In this document: piece by piece, positions 43,195-52,952 of the stretch
Position numbering within the stretch: the stretch's first letter is position 1
Layout: each line of letters begins with the position of its first letter
From: Candidatus Dadabacteria bacterium
GTDB lineage: Bacteria; Desulfobacterota_D; UBA1144; Nemesobacterales; CSP1-2
Assembly: GCA_963805855.1 (NCBI GenBank)
Contig: CAWDVW010000007.1
Coordinates: 448,001-512,000, forward strand
Direction: 5' to 3'
DNA length: 64,000 nucleotides
Program-made: the position numbers and the translations under genes
Notes under the pieces: model-generated
Seen by the model: only the letters and a program-made list of their open reading frames with translations
What the model was told of the DNA's origin: nothing
Databases searched by the model: none

Positions 43195-43364
43195 ACCTCG
43201 ACTATGGACAAGTGGGAGTTCTTGCAATTATTAAAGCCAGCTATTTCGTGGGCAGAATTATTACCATTTCATGAATAGATTTGTTTTCATTAATCCCTTT
43301 CAGCATGAAAAGGGTTTAAACTGCACTCCAAAAATTGCGTTAAGAGGATGAATGACGTAGTCAG

Positions 43365-43468
43365 TCATGCTGAGCTTGTTTCAGTACCTAGACAAAGAAG
43401 TTAGGAAGAGAAGTAAGATAAATGAATATAGTACCTGGAAAGATTCCGACAAGGTTAGGAAATGACGC
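43365..43468. repeat. Degenerate GTCAT...ATGAC palindromic element
   Basis: GTCATGCTGAGCTTGTTTCAG ... GATTCCGACAAGGTTAGGAAATGAC. Confidence 0.45.
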
Positions 43469-43481
43469 GCATTTCCCCATA

Positions 43482-43748
43482 CTATTTCAATAGATTAATA
43501 ATTGCTAACACGATCGCTGCTAATCCCAGAATAAGGCTGCTTATAACCATAAAACGTATATTTGCCATGACCCTCGTTATATCCTGTAGTTGGTTTGCAA
43601 TGTCCTTAATTAACTCTGCTTCCTGTTTGTCATCTTTTCTTTTAGAATCATAGAACTTCCGAGCTTCTTCCACGATTGTAGGTGCATGCCTGAGCACCTT
43701 TTCCCACGGGACAAACCTGATTGCTATCGGTATCAACTTCCACGACAT
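43482..43748 (-). CDS. Small hypothetical membrane protein
   Basis: 88 aa; VPW..VL.HAP.IVE.A N-terminus, coiled coil, C-terminal TM. Confidence 0.7.
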   Translation of the reverse strand: MSWKLIPIAIRFVPWEKVLRHAPTIVEEARKFYDSKRKDDKQEAELIKDIANQLQDITRVMANIRFMVISSLILGLAAIVLAIINLLK

Positions 43749-44035
43749 TTTGAAAACAACTCCATAACTCGTTTAATACTGCTGCTAACTATACAGTATA
43801 TCACCAACATTATGATCAGAACACCAGTTTCAAGCCAGTCCTTGGAAATAAAACTGCGAGCGATTGTATAGGACCGGGACTATGAACAGTTCGAATATGA
43901 CGTGAAGCATTTTAAAACCACAATGAATGAGACTTCTTCGACTCTTCGACATTCCTCAGGGTTTGTCGCGGATAACCAATTGGATTCCCGACTACGGATG
44001 TCCGGAGTTATCTGGTAAGGGAATAGATGAGCGAA

Positions 44036-45307
44036 TCAAATCTCCATGTCTAAAACTAAACCGGACCAGGTAAATCGCTCCGCCCCATAACCCTTGCCTG
44101 TGAAGGGATTGTAATATTCCCAAAAACCACTCCTCTCAATAAGAGTTATCACAACTTCACGCAGCTTCGTGGCCTCGTCGACAAACCCTTCTTCTTTCAG
44201 ACAACGGAAAAGAAACCAATTATAAAAAGCCCATGTCGGACCGCGCCATAAAAATTCCTGCCCCCTGAACTGCTGCCTTTCGGGAACAAAGGATTTTTCC
44301 GACTTTGAAACGGAGGGAATAGGAAATGGGAGAGCGAAATGCTCCTCCGATTTCAAGTAACGCATTATCATCCTTTTAGATAATTCGGTTGGAACCTTCG
44401 GAAGCGCCATCGGGAATAATACTGTGGGTGTAATAACCTTTAACTTTACGTTATCATGACCGTAAACGTCATAAAACGCATCATCAGCTTCATCGTACAT
44501 CACCTCAAGCATCCGCGTCGACATCCTTACTGCATGTGCCTTATAACTCTCTCCATCACCATCATTTGCGATCTCACAAAGCCTGCTAAGTGCATAAAGA
44601 TCAAGCGCATTTATAGTATTAACCGCAACATCCTTTACAAGGAAGCGATTGGCATTCTTAATTCTTTGAAGATCGTACCTATCGAGGAAATTTCTAAGTT
44701 GAGAATAAACCATTTTAAAATACAATTTCCAATTTGCCGGTCCACCGGAAAATTTCAATACCTCGTCATATGAAGGTTTCCAATCGATTCCAGATTCAAC
44801 GGGTGCTATGATTGTAATCAGGCTATCTCCGTCAAAAGTGCGGTTGGAAGTCACCCATTTGTGGTATTTCTTTATCTTGGGCAGCATCAATGTCAAAAAT
44901 TCCCTGTCTCCAGTTTTTTCAAAAATCCTTTCCAGGGACTGGGCCACAAAACTGGGTTGAATAAGCGCACTCATGTGAGGCCTTAAATACCCTCGAGGGC
45001 GCTTTGCTTCTATAATGGTGAATATATTTTTAGGTAATAAGAGCTGCCAATAAACCATATGCCCTACAAAACCGTCGGGCTCCTGCATAGCGAAAAGACT
45101 CATCAGATTTTGCTTTGCAAGCTCGTATTCTCCCAGGGCGCAAAGGATGTAAATATGAAAACACGTATCCCACCACCATTGGTAAGGATACCTCTCGAAA
45201 GAAGGTTTGTTATAAACATAATGGGTCTTCAGATAATGAGAATAACCCGCCTGAAGGTTTAGAAACATTATATCTCTTACTTTCTTCCTTAGCTCGAGTT
45301 CATCCAT
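44036..45307 (-). CDS. GH63/MGH1-like (alpha/alpha)6 glycoside hydrolase
   Basis: YPYQWWWDTCFH, QP, ESGID, WRGPTW, FWEYYNP.TG.G.GA..FTWS. Confidence 0.85.
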   Translation of the reverse strand: MDELELRKKVRDIMFLNLQAGYSHYLKTHYVYNKPSFERYPYQWWWDTCFHIYILCALGEYELAKQNLMSLFAMQEPDGFVGHMVYWQLLLPKNIFTIIEAKRPRGYLRPHMSALIQPSFVAQSLERIFEKTGDREFLTLMLPKIKKYHKWVTSNRTFDGDSLITIIAPVESGIDWKPSYDEVLKFSGGPANWKLYFKMVYSQLRNFLDRYDLQRIKNANRFLVKDVAVNTINALDLYALSRLCEIANDGDGESYKAHAVRMSTRMLEVMYDEADDAFYDVYGHDNVKLKVITPTVLFPMALPKVPTELSKRMIMRYLKSEEHFALPFPIPSVSKSEKSFVPERQQFRGQEFLWRGPTWAFYNWFLFRCLKEEGFVDEATKLREVVITLIERSGFWEYYNPFTGKGYGAERFTWSGLVLDMEI

Positions 45308-45423
45308 TTAATTCTCTCAAAATGAAAGGGTCTGCTGCCTGCCAATTGACAGGTAACTTAAGTATAGAGACCATTCATGACACTTAATCGCAAACACTAG
45401 CCTTAATCCCTTTTTCTATAAAT

Positions 45424-46323
45424 TTAGAACTGAGAAACCGCCGGAATCACTTCTCTACCAAATACTTCAAGAGGGGTGATCTCGTGCACGTTTTGTATAC
45501 TATAAATGACATGCTGGATGCCTATTCCGGCAAGGATACGGCAATTTTTGATAATATGCGAGGAATTCGATGAATCCGGAGCAATTTTTACAGAATCGAT
45601 AACAGTGCGTTCTATTTCATTGTACGGTCGACCTAACTCCTGACAGTGCTGGTTCAAAACATCGAGCTTGTGAGCCATCTCTTCAACCGTATTGCCAAAT
45701 GCAAGCCCATAGAGATTACAGGCATCTCCATATTTGGCTACCAAGCGGAGGGTCTTTTTTTCGCCCGAACCACCTATAAGGATCGGCGGATGCGGTTTGG
45801 TAATTGGCTGTGGATTATTTAATGGCTCAGTTAACTTATAGTGTTTGCCGTCATAGACCATCGTTTCCTCTGACCACATCTGTTTTGCTATCTGTAACGT
45901 CTGCTCGAGGCGTTCAAAGCGCTCTTTTAGTGGAGGGAACAGAAGCCCTAATCCCCTGGCCTCGCGTTCATACCATGCGGCACCGATACCCAGATTTGCC
46001 CTCCCTCGGGATAAAATATCGAGAGATGTAACAGCCTTCACCAATAAACCAGGGTCTCTATAAACCACCCCTGTCACCATAGCTCCAAGGCGTGCTGTTT
46101 TTGTTTTTGCTGCTAGAAAGCCAAGAGTGCTGTATGCTTCCAACATGGGATCATCTGCAAACATGTCGAACTTCTCCATATCAATCTGAAATAGGTGATC
46201 CATGACCCAGATGCTGGAAAAACCCACCTCGTCAGCGGTCTGAGCAATCTCCGAAAGCTTGTCTGCTATAACAGAAGATCCTTCAGGAAATTTGAAGCTT
46301 ATGATCTGCAATCCTATCTTCAT
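45424..46323 (-). CDS. LLM-class putative F420-dependent oxidoreductase
   Basis: WVMDHLFQI, LGIGAAWYERE, IGGSGEKKTLRLVAKYGDACN. Confidence 0.85.
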   Translation of the reverse strand: MKIGLQIISFKFPEGSSVIADKLSEIAQTADEVGFSSIWVMDHLFQIDMEKFDMFADDPMLEAYSTLGFLAAKTKTARLGAMVTGVVYRDPGLLVKAVTSLDILSRGRANLGIGAAWYEREARGLGLLFPPLKERFERLEQTLQIAKQMWSEETMVYDGKHYKLTEPLNNPQPITKPHPPILIGGSGEKKTLRLVAKYGDACNLYGLAFGNTVEEMAHKLDVLNQHCQELGRPYNEIERTVIDSVKIAPDSSNSSHIIKNCRILAGIGIQHVIYSIQNVHEITPLEVFGREVIPAVSQF

Positions 46324-46665
46324 GATATTACCCCTTTTAACTTTATGGAAACCATGCTAAGTATAAACGAAACCAAACCTTTTTCATTCACGGATTGGCA
46401 ACTACCGATTTTTGGATTTGCACGGGAGTGCTAGCTCTTGGTGATATCTCTGCGCTCGAGCCTGGGATGGGTTTGCCTCGGCACTGAGTTTATACTCAGA
46501 GAATCGAATTGGTTCTCGCTTTACTGTAGATGTTAGATATTTAGTGGGCAAAATCCAAAAAGTAATAAATTTCGCGGAAATTTACTCTTCCGTCATCCTC
46601 GGATGTGCCCCGCCTGCGACATGCGGGGACGAGCTTAACCGGGGATCCATGGTTTAATTTTTTAT

Positions 46666-46829
46666 TTTCTTTGTCTTGATACAAAGAAACAAAAATCAAG
46701 GGCTGACAAAAAATTAGGAATTATTAAATCAATTCCTTCAGCTAAAAATATTTAATCCAACCACGACCCCAAATCTTTTCTTAACGCTTCCGGAATTGAT
46801 TTTGGCAATTTTTTGAATGCCCATCTAAA
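46666..46829 (+). repeat. ~160-nt structured repeat, copy 2
   Basis: About 8 substitutions versus copy 1 by eye. Confidence 0.85.
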
Positions 46830-47000
46830 ATCCAAGATACTGTCACCGAATTATGTAACATCTAAACCGTACAATGTTAGGCTGGTCAATGGCAGAAGGA
46901 GGATTATAACCTTCGTAACTTCCCAACAATTCTAAATAATTCCTTGACAACCCTACAATTAAAGGTAATCATAATTTGTTATTCACAAGAGAGTTTACTG

Positions 47001-48287
47001 ATGAGCTTTGTAAAAGGACTATTCTGTAAGGAATGTGGTGATGACTATCCGAAGGAACCACTCCACGTGTGTGAATTCTGTTTTGGGCCGCTCGAGGTAA
47101 GTTATGATTATGATGAAATAAAAAAGGTTCTAACAAGGGAGGAAATAGAGCAGAGAAAGCAAGACATATGGCGCTATGCCGAGCTCCTTCCCATTGATGA
47201 ACGACCAAGTATTGGGAAAGATGTCGGTTTCACACCCCTTATCAGAGCCAACAATTTGGCAGAAGTGCTGGGAGTCAGAGAATTATACATCAAAAACGAT
47301 TCTGTATGCTTTCCAACACTTTCATTTAAGGACAGGGTTGTCTCTGTCGCCCTATCAAAGGCCAAGGAATTTGGTTTCGACACTGTAGCATGTGCATCAA
47401 CCGGGAATTTGGCAAATGCTGTTTCTTCTCTATCTTCTTCTGGAAACCTAGAAAGCTTTATTTTCATTCCCTATGACCTGGAACTGGCCAAGATCATCGG
47501 AACGACCGTTTATGGAACGCATCTCATTGGAATACAGGGTAGCTATGACGATGTCAATCGTCTTTGCAGCGAGATTGCTGGTAGATTTGGCTGGGGTTTC
47601 GTGAACATCAATTTGCGTCCATATTATGCTGAGGGATCTAAATCCCTGGGTTTTGAGATCATGGAGCAACTCGGCTGGAGAGTTCCGAAGCATTTTGTCG
47701 TTCCAATGGCAAGTGGATCATTACTAACAAAAATTTGGAAATCCGTAAAGGAGTTTGAGAAGCTAGATCTTGTAGATATGACTGAAACTAGGATCCACGG
47801 AGCACAGGCTAAAGGGTGTTCGCCAATCAGTACTGCCGTGAAAAATGGCTGGGAGATCTTCAAGCCACAAAAACCAGATACAATTGCTAAATCCCTAGCG
47901 ATTGGAACCCCCGCTGATGGCTATTTCGCGATGAGTGTGATAAAAGAAAGTGGTGGTTGGAGTGAAGACGTCACAGATGATGAAATAGTCGATGGTATCA
48001 AACTCCTCGCTGAGACTGAAGGAATCTTTACTGAGACAGCTGGGGGTGTGACAATGGCTGTTACTAAAAAACTCATTGATCAGGGATTTATCGCTAAGGA
48101 TGAATCAGTTGTGGTATGCATAACAGGCAATGGGCTCAAAACCCAGGAGGCGGTTAGGGATAGCTTGGCAGTACCTCAAATTATTGACCCCAATATTGAG
48201 GAATTTGAAGAGCTTTACTGGAGTATAAAAAGCAACGATAAAGGAGGTATTCAACATGCCGTCAGTAAGAATACCCACTCCACTTAG
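47001..48287 (+). CDS. Threonine synthase-like PLP enzyme (fold type II)
   Basis: N-terminal CxxC..CxxC, TLSFKDR, ASTGN, TGNGLK; ATG at 47001. Confidence 0.88.
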   Translation: MSFVKGLFCKECGDDYPKEPLHVCEFCFGPLEVSYDYDEIKKVLTREEIEQRKQDIWRYAELLPIDERPSIGKDVGFTPLIRANNLAEVLGVRELYIKNDSVCFPTLSFKDRVVSVALSKAKEFGFDTVACASTGNLANAVSSLSSSGNLESFIFIPYDLELAKIIGTTVYGTHLIGIQGSYDDVNRLCSEIAGRFGWGFVNINLRPYYAEGSKSLGFEIMEQLGWRVPKHFVVPMASGSLLTKIWKSVKEFEKLDLVDMTETRIHGAQAKGCSPISTAVKNGWEIFKPQKPDTIAKSLAIGTPADGYFAMSVIKESGGWSEDVTDDEIVDGIKLLAETEGIFTETAGGVTMAVTKKLIDQGFIAKDESVVVCITGNGLKTQEAVRDSLAVPQIIDPNIEEFEELYWSIKSNDKGGIQHAVSKNTHST

Positions 48288-48531
48288 GAGGTTAACAGGG
48301 GAAAAAGATGAAGTTTTGGTGGAAGCCGCAACGATTGGAAATTTGATTGAGGCGCTTGAGAGTCAGTTTCCTGGAATTAAGCAAAGGCTATGCGATGAAG
48401 ATGGCAACGTCAGGAGATTTATAAATCTTTACGTGAATAATGAGGATATTAGGTTTTTAAAGGGGACTGACACCGAGCTTCAGGACACGGACATCGTCTC
48501 GATTATTCCAGCAATTGCCGGTGGGCATTAA
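48256..48531 (+). CDS. MoaD/ThiS/CysO-family sulfur-carrier protein
   Basis: [34 protein letters not shown]. Confidence 0.92.
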   Translation: MPSVRIPTPLRRLTGEKDEVLVEAATIGNLIEALESQFPGIKQRLCDEDGNVRRFINLYVNNEDIRFLKGTDTELQDTDIVSIIPAIAGGH

Positions 48532-48590
48532 AGCGACAATTTTCACCAACGCAATCCAATGTAGTTACCGTTTCCGAAAGCGTGTTATTA

Positions 48591-48750
48591 CTTCTTTGTC
48601 TTGATACAAAGAAGCAAAAATCAAGGCTGTCCAAAAATTTGCTAAACATCATAAACTCCGACTAAAAAATCTAATTCAACCACAACCCGCAAATTTTTCT
48701 ATACGTCTTCGTTTCTGATTTTCTAAACGCAATTTTCGGAATGCCAGTCA
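48591..48750 (+). repeat. ~160-nt structured repeat, copy 3 (diverged)
   Basis: Same 5' pseudoknot module and AATTCAACCACAACCC loop; stem sequence differs but still largely pairs. Confidence 0.8.
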
Positions 48751-48921
48751 ATTTTTTTGTAATGACGAAAGAATAGAATAATTACAATAACATAAGCCAA
48801 TAAACTAATGCGATCTACGACATTATTGCAATATCTCGCCTAAGTATTTGCAATATATGTGATGCACGATTAATTGGGAATCTAAGACCTTACATGAGGT
48901 ATTGGTCGCTATTTACCTATA

Positions 48922-50013
48922 TCAGCTAAGAAGCTCTTGTAACTTTTCAAAAAATTTACCGGCCTTCGGACTATGGCCCTGTTCATAGGTTTTTCCAAAT
49001 TCCTCTAATAGCTCTCTTTGTTTCGAGTTCAGATTTACAGGGATCTCCACGTGTATTTTTATAAACAGATCGCCCTTCCCTCTACCATTTAGGTTTTGCA
49101 CGCCCTTATCCTTAATCCTTAGAACTTGGCCGGATTGGGTCCCTGCCGGTACCTTTATCTTGGTTTTTCCATCGAGTGTGGGAATCGCGATTTCATCTCC
49201 AAGAGCCGCTTGTATGAAGGTAATCGGCACTTCACAGTAAATGTCCTTCCCTTCCCTTGTAAAGAAGGGATGTTCTCTGACATGCGTTTCTATGTACAAA
49301 TCGCCGCTCGGGCCTCCGTATAAACCAATCTCCCCCTCGCCCCGAATCCTAAGCCTTGCACCATCCATAATACCAGCGGGAACCTTCACGTTGACCAGAC
49401 GTTTTGACCTAATTAATCCCTCCCCTCGGCAATTTGAGCAAACTTTTGTGATCCTCCTTCCTGTCCCACCACAATTTGAACAAGTCCTGCTTATAGCTAA
49501 AAATCCCTCCGAGTACCTAACCGACCCCCTTCCTCCGCAGGTAGAACACGTGATTTCACCTCCCGGCGCAGCACCCCGTCCACCGCATTCCTCACAGATT
49601 AATCTTTTCGGTATTTCTACCTCTCTTTCCACTCCAAATGCAGCTTCTTCAAATGATATCTCCAGATCATACTTTAAATCTCTGCCCCTCTCCGCTCGGC
49701 TCCTTCTGCCCGTGCTGAAAACCTCATCAAATAGATTTCCAAAGATATCATTAAAGTTGAATCCGAAATTCGCATCCGTAAAAATACCCTCCGAAGACAT
49801 ATGTCCGAAGCTATCATACTGAGCCCTTTTATTTGGACTACTCAAGATTTGATACGCTTCGTTTATGTCCTTAAATTTTGCTTCGGCGCTCGCATTTCCG
49901 GGATTCCTGTCCGGATGGTATTCGAATGCGAGTTTTTTGTATGCCTTTTTTATCTCTTCCTGGGAAGCATTTCTGTTTATCCCAAGAACATCATAATAGT
50001 CTGCCTTATCCAT
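48922..50013 (-). CDS. dnaJ: Chaperone DnaJ
   Basis: HPD J-domain, four CxxCxGxG repeats. Confidence 0.96.
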   Translation of the reverse strand: MDKADYYDVLGINRNASQEEIKKAYKKLAFEYHPDRNPGNASAEAKFKDINEAYQILSSPNKRAQYDSFGHMSSEGIFTDANFGFNFNDIFGNLFDEVFSTGRRSRAERGRDLKYDLEISFEEAAFGVEREVEIPKRLICEECGGRGAAPGGEITCSTCGGRGSVRYSEGFLAISRTCSNCGGTGRRITKVCSNCRGEGLIRSKRLVNVKVPAGIMDGARLRIRGEGEIGLYGGPSGDLYIETHVREHPFFTREGKDIYCEVPITFIQAALGDEIAIPTLDGKTKIKVPAGTQSGQVLRIKDKGVQNLNGRGKGDLFIKIHVEIPVNLNSKQRELLEEFGKTYEQGHSPKAGKFFEKLQELLS

Positions 50014-50051
50014 TATTGTTTACCTTGTAATATTAATGAATCCCTAAATTA

Positions 50052-50738
50052 TTATATATCTCCATCGATCAACTTTGTTTTGCCGTTGCCCTCGCCATTT
50101 GAAATTTTAACCTCTATTTCATTTTCGGCTGAATCCATATCCGAAGCGGTTTCAGATTCTCCCTTTGAAACCGACACAAGGGCAGGTCTTAGCAGTCTAT
50201 CTTTTAGCGTATATCCCTTTAACAATTCAGAAAGGATAAATCCGGGTTGAACCTCATCTGATTCTACCCTTTCAACTGCTTGATGAAGGTTAGGATCAAA
50301 TTCGTCCCCTTTATGCACCTCTATAGCTTTAACGCCAAATTTCTCCAGGCAATCCAGAAACTGCTTATGGACTAATCTGAAACCCTCGATAATGGGATTT
50401 GTGCCTCTGTCCGCTTCTGAATGTTCGATTCCCCTTTCTAGATTATCTAACACGCTCAGAAGAGATCTGATAAGCTCCTCGTTACCATAGGATATAAGGT
50501 CCGCTTTTTCCTTTGAGATTCTCTTCTTGTAATTATCAAAATCCGCTGCTAATCTCAAATACCGATCGTTGAGTTCTTCAAAAGCCCCTTTGCTTTCCTC
50601 GAGTTCTTTCTCAAGAGATTCTTCCTTAGAAAGCTGACTCTCTAATGTTGAATTCTCATCTTCTTCTATGGGCCCCTCGTCGGTTTTGAATGTGAGCTCT
50701 TCACTCTCTCGCTGTTTGTCTTTAGAGTTAGGTTTCAT
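50052..50738 (-). CDS. grpE: Nucleotide exchange factor GrpE
   Basis: ADFDNYKKR, FDPNLHQAV, GY..KDRLLRPA; ATG 50738 after GGAGG. Confidence 0.93.
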   Translation of the reverse strand: MKPNSKDKQRESEELTFKTDEGPIEEDENSTLESQLSKEESLEKELEESKGAFEELNDRYLRLAADFDNYKKRISKEKADLISYGNEELIRSLLSVLDNLERGIEHSEADRGTNPIIEGFRLVHKQFLDCLEKFGVKAIEVHKGDEFDPNLHQAVERVESDEVQPGFILSELLKGYTLKDRLLRPALVSVSKGESETASDMDSAENEIEVKISNGEGNGKTKLIDGDI

Positions 50739-50739
50739 T

Positions 50740-51771
50740 TCAACCTCCCGTGCTAACGATTTTGCTGACGATCTTCGCTGTATAATCAACTAAGGGTACG
50801 ATTTGGGCATAGTCCATATGCAGCGGACCTAATACTCCAAGAGTCCCGAGATTTTTATTTGTGCCGTAAGGAGCGGCTATTAGGCTATAGCCGGCAGGTA
50901 CACCGTTCTCCGCTCCCAGGAACACTATGGTACTATCTTCATTCATTGCTTTGCCAAGGATTTCGACTAGAAAACTTTTTTCCTCTATAGCCCTAAATAA
51001 ATCCTTTAGTCCCTCGGGATTATTAAGACTATAACTATCGAAAATTGAGGGGTGACCCTTGATATAAACGCCAGATTTGATCCCTTTCTCAGATTTACCA
51101 GTCCAAAACTTCATTACTCGCTCAAGGAAGTCACGATAGATCTTCCTTTCATGTTTAAGCTTGTCAATAACGATTGAGTCAACCTCGTCTAATGTGAGGG
51201 CCATAGTAAGTTTGTTTACATAGTCGCTCAATTTTCGAAGCATGCCGTCGGGTATTTTTCTGCTCAGTCTGATCATCCTTTGATCTATCATTCCATTTTC
51301 GAACACAATTATTACAAGAACCTTCTTTTCGGCGATTTTTATCAGTTTAGTAGATTTAATTTTCATAGATCTGATCGAGGGAAGCGTAGCCAATCCGGTA
51401 CAGTTCGAAATATCAGAAAGCATTATGCTAGTTTCAGAGATAACCTGGTTAAAAGTGCCATCCAATTGTCTATAGCGTCTTTTGATTACGGTCCTCTTAG
51501 ACTTGGGTAATTCTTTTTGGTTTAATAGTGAATTAATATAAATTCTTAGGCCTTTTTCTGTTGGTACCCGCCCTGCGGATATGTGGGGTTGAACCAGATA
51601 TTGTTTATCCATCAAATCAAACATAACACTTCTTACTGTAGCTGGACTCCACGGCAATTGATACTTCGAGACTAGGTATGACGATCCTACCGGCTCTCCA
51701 GTTTTGATATAATTATCGATGACTGAGTAAAGTATCCTTTTTTCCCTTTCTGAGACTTCCAAATTTGTCAT
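50740..51771 (-). CDS. hrcA: Heat-inducible transcription repressor HrcA
   Basis: YIKTGEPVGS, QPHISAGRVPT, GVLGP.HMDY. Confidence 0.9.
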   Translation of the reverse strand: MTNLEVSEREKRILYSVIDNYIKTGEPVGSSYLVSKYQLPWSPATVRSVMFDLMDKQYLVQPHISAGRVPTEKGLRIYINSLLNQKELPKSKRTVIKRRYRQLDGTFNQVISETSIMLSDISNCTGLATLPSIRSMKIKSTKLIKIAEKKVLVIIVFENGMIDQRMIRLSRKIPDGMLRKLSDYVNKLTMALTLDEVDSIVIDKLKHERKIYRDFLERVMKFWTGKSEKGIKSGVYIKGHPSIFDSYSLNNPEGLKDLFRAIEEKSFLVEILGKAMNEDSTIVFLGAENGVPAGYSLIAAPYGTNKNLGTLGVLGPLHMDYAQIVPLVDYTAKIVSKIVSTGG

Positions 51772-51789
51772 GATTAAATAGTACTAAAA

Positions 51790-51818
51790 AATATAATAAC
51801 TCAGAGATTGATTGTCAA
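51790..51818 (-). promoter_or_regulatory. Sigma70 promoter of hrcA-grpE-dnaJ
   Basis: TTGACA-17bp-TATATT on minus strand. Confidence 0.65.
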
Positions 51819-51856
51819 CGAAGATCATTCATAACTAACTAAAATAACTACAATAT

Positions 51857-52792
51857 TCAAATCATAGTCCAATCGATCAGGCTCATCGCAACACCCTCAA
51901 GAAGGCCACCGTCACTTACCACTACCTCGTCTTTTGAAAACCAATCCAAGGATTTCAATAATATAATTATTCCGGGAATGATCACATCTTCTCTCCCCTC
52001 TTTAAGACCTATTACGTTAATTCTTTCATCCGATGGAAGTCTTATCAATTTATAAAATATGTTTGATATCATTTCCCTCGTTAGCACAAATCCATTTACA
52101 AGGTCAGCATCGTATTCATCCATTCCAATCTCAATAGCCGCCAGTGTCGTAGGCGTCCCGGCCGTCGCGATCAACGAGAATGGTTCGGCGGGCATAATGG
52201 TTCGATCTTTCAATTTAGAGCTTATTACGTTTTCTATGTGATCTGAAAGATCCTTGATGGCAGATTGAGTGGGAATGTCGGTATCTATAAATTTTTCCGA
52301 TAGGTGAACGACTCCCATACTTGTAGTGACAACATCCATTCCATAATCACGGTCTAGAAATATATACTCCGTGCTCCCTCCGCCAATATCAAGTATCACC
52401 ACATACTTGCTCCTTATTTTTACGGAGTTTAAAACCCCTGCGGCAGCGAGTTTGGCTTCTTCATAACCGGAGATCAACTCCACATCAATTCCCGCCTCAT
52501 CTTTAACCCTGCTAATAAATTTATGTCCGTTTACAGATTCTCTGACGACACTTGTAGCAACTGTTCTAGACTTGTCAACGCCATAGCTCTTGATGATTTT
52601 AGAAAATTCCTTCAGAACAATCATGGACCGTTTTATCGCGGTGTCGGTCAATAGTCGCTCATCTGTTTTAAATCCACCACCCAGACGAGTAATTACCTGG
52701 TCTATGTATATTTTCCTGATACGTTTCCCCTCGGTCTCGCATATCAGTATACGAAATGTGTTAGTTCCAATATCGATTGATGCAATTCGCAT
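51857..52792 (-). CDS. Ppx/GppA-family phosphatase (short form)
   Basis: IDIGTNT, ATS..RE, EEA, DIGGGSTE. Confidence 0.92.
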   Translation of the reverse strand: MRIASIDIGTNTFRILICETEGKRIRKIYIDQVITRLGGGFKTDERLLTDTAIKRSMIVLKEFSKIIKSYGVDKSRTVATSVVRESVNGHKFISRVKDEAGIDVELISGYEEAKLAAAGVLNSVKIRSKYVVILDIGGGSTEYIFLDRDYGMDVVTTSMGVVHLSEKFIDTDIPTQSAIKDLSDHIENVISSKLKDRTIMPAEPFSLIATAGTPTTLAAIEIGMDEYDADLVNGFVLTREMISNIFYKLIRLPSDERINVIGLKEGREDVIIPGIIILLKSLDWFSKDEVVVSDGGLLEGVAMSLIDWTMI

Positions 52793-52952
52793 AAATATCG
52801 ATTTAAACTTCTTGGGGATCTTGAAAATCTACAATGGATAAAATACACACGCACTGCCAAGATATTGCTCTTAATTTATACGTAACGGTTGTCAAGTATT
52901 TATCTATGCATGCTATCCATACATAATAGGGAATGTGTATCCCTCTCGTATG

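Noticed and set aside
38989-48750. Structured repeats as a CRISPR array or integron attC sites
   Set aside because: Too long and kilobases apart for CRISPR, no cas genes; no clear RYYYAAC/GTTRRRY ends and no integron integrase
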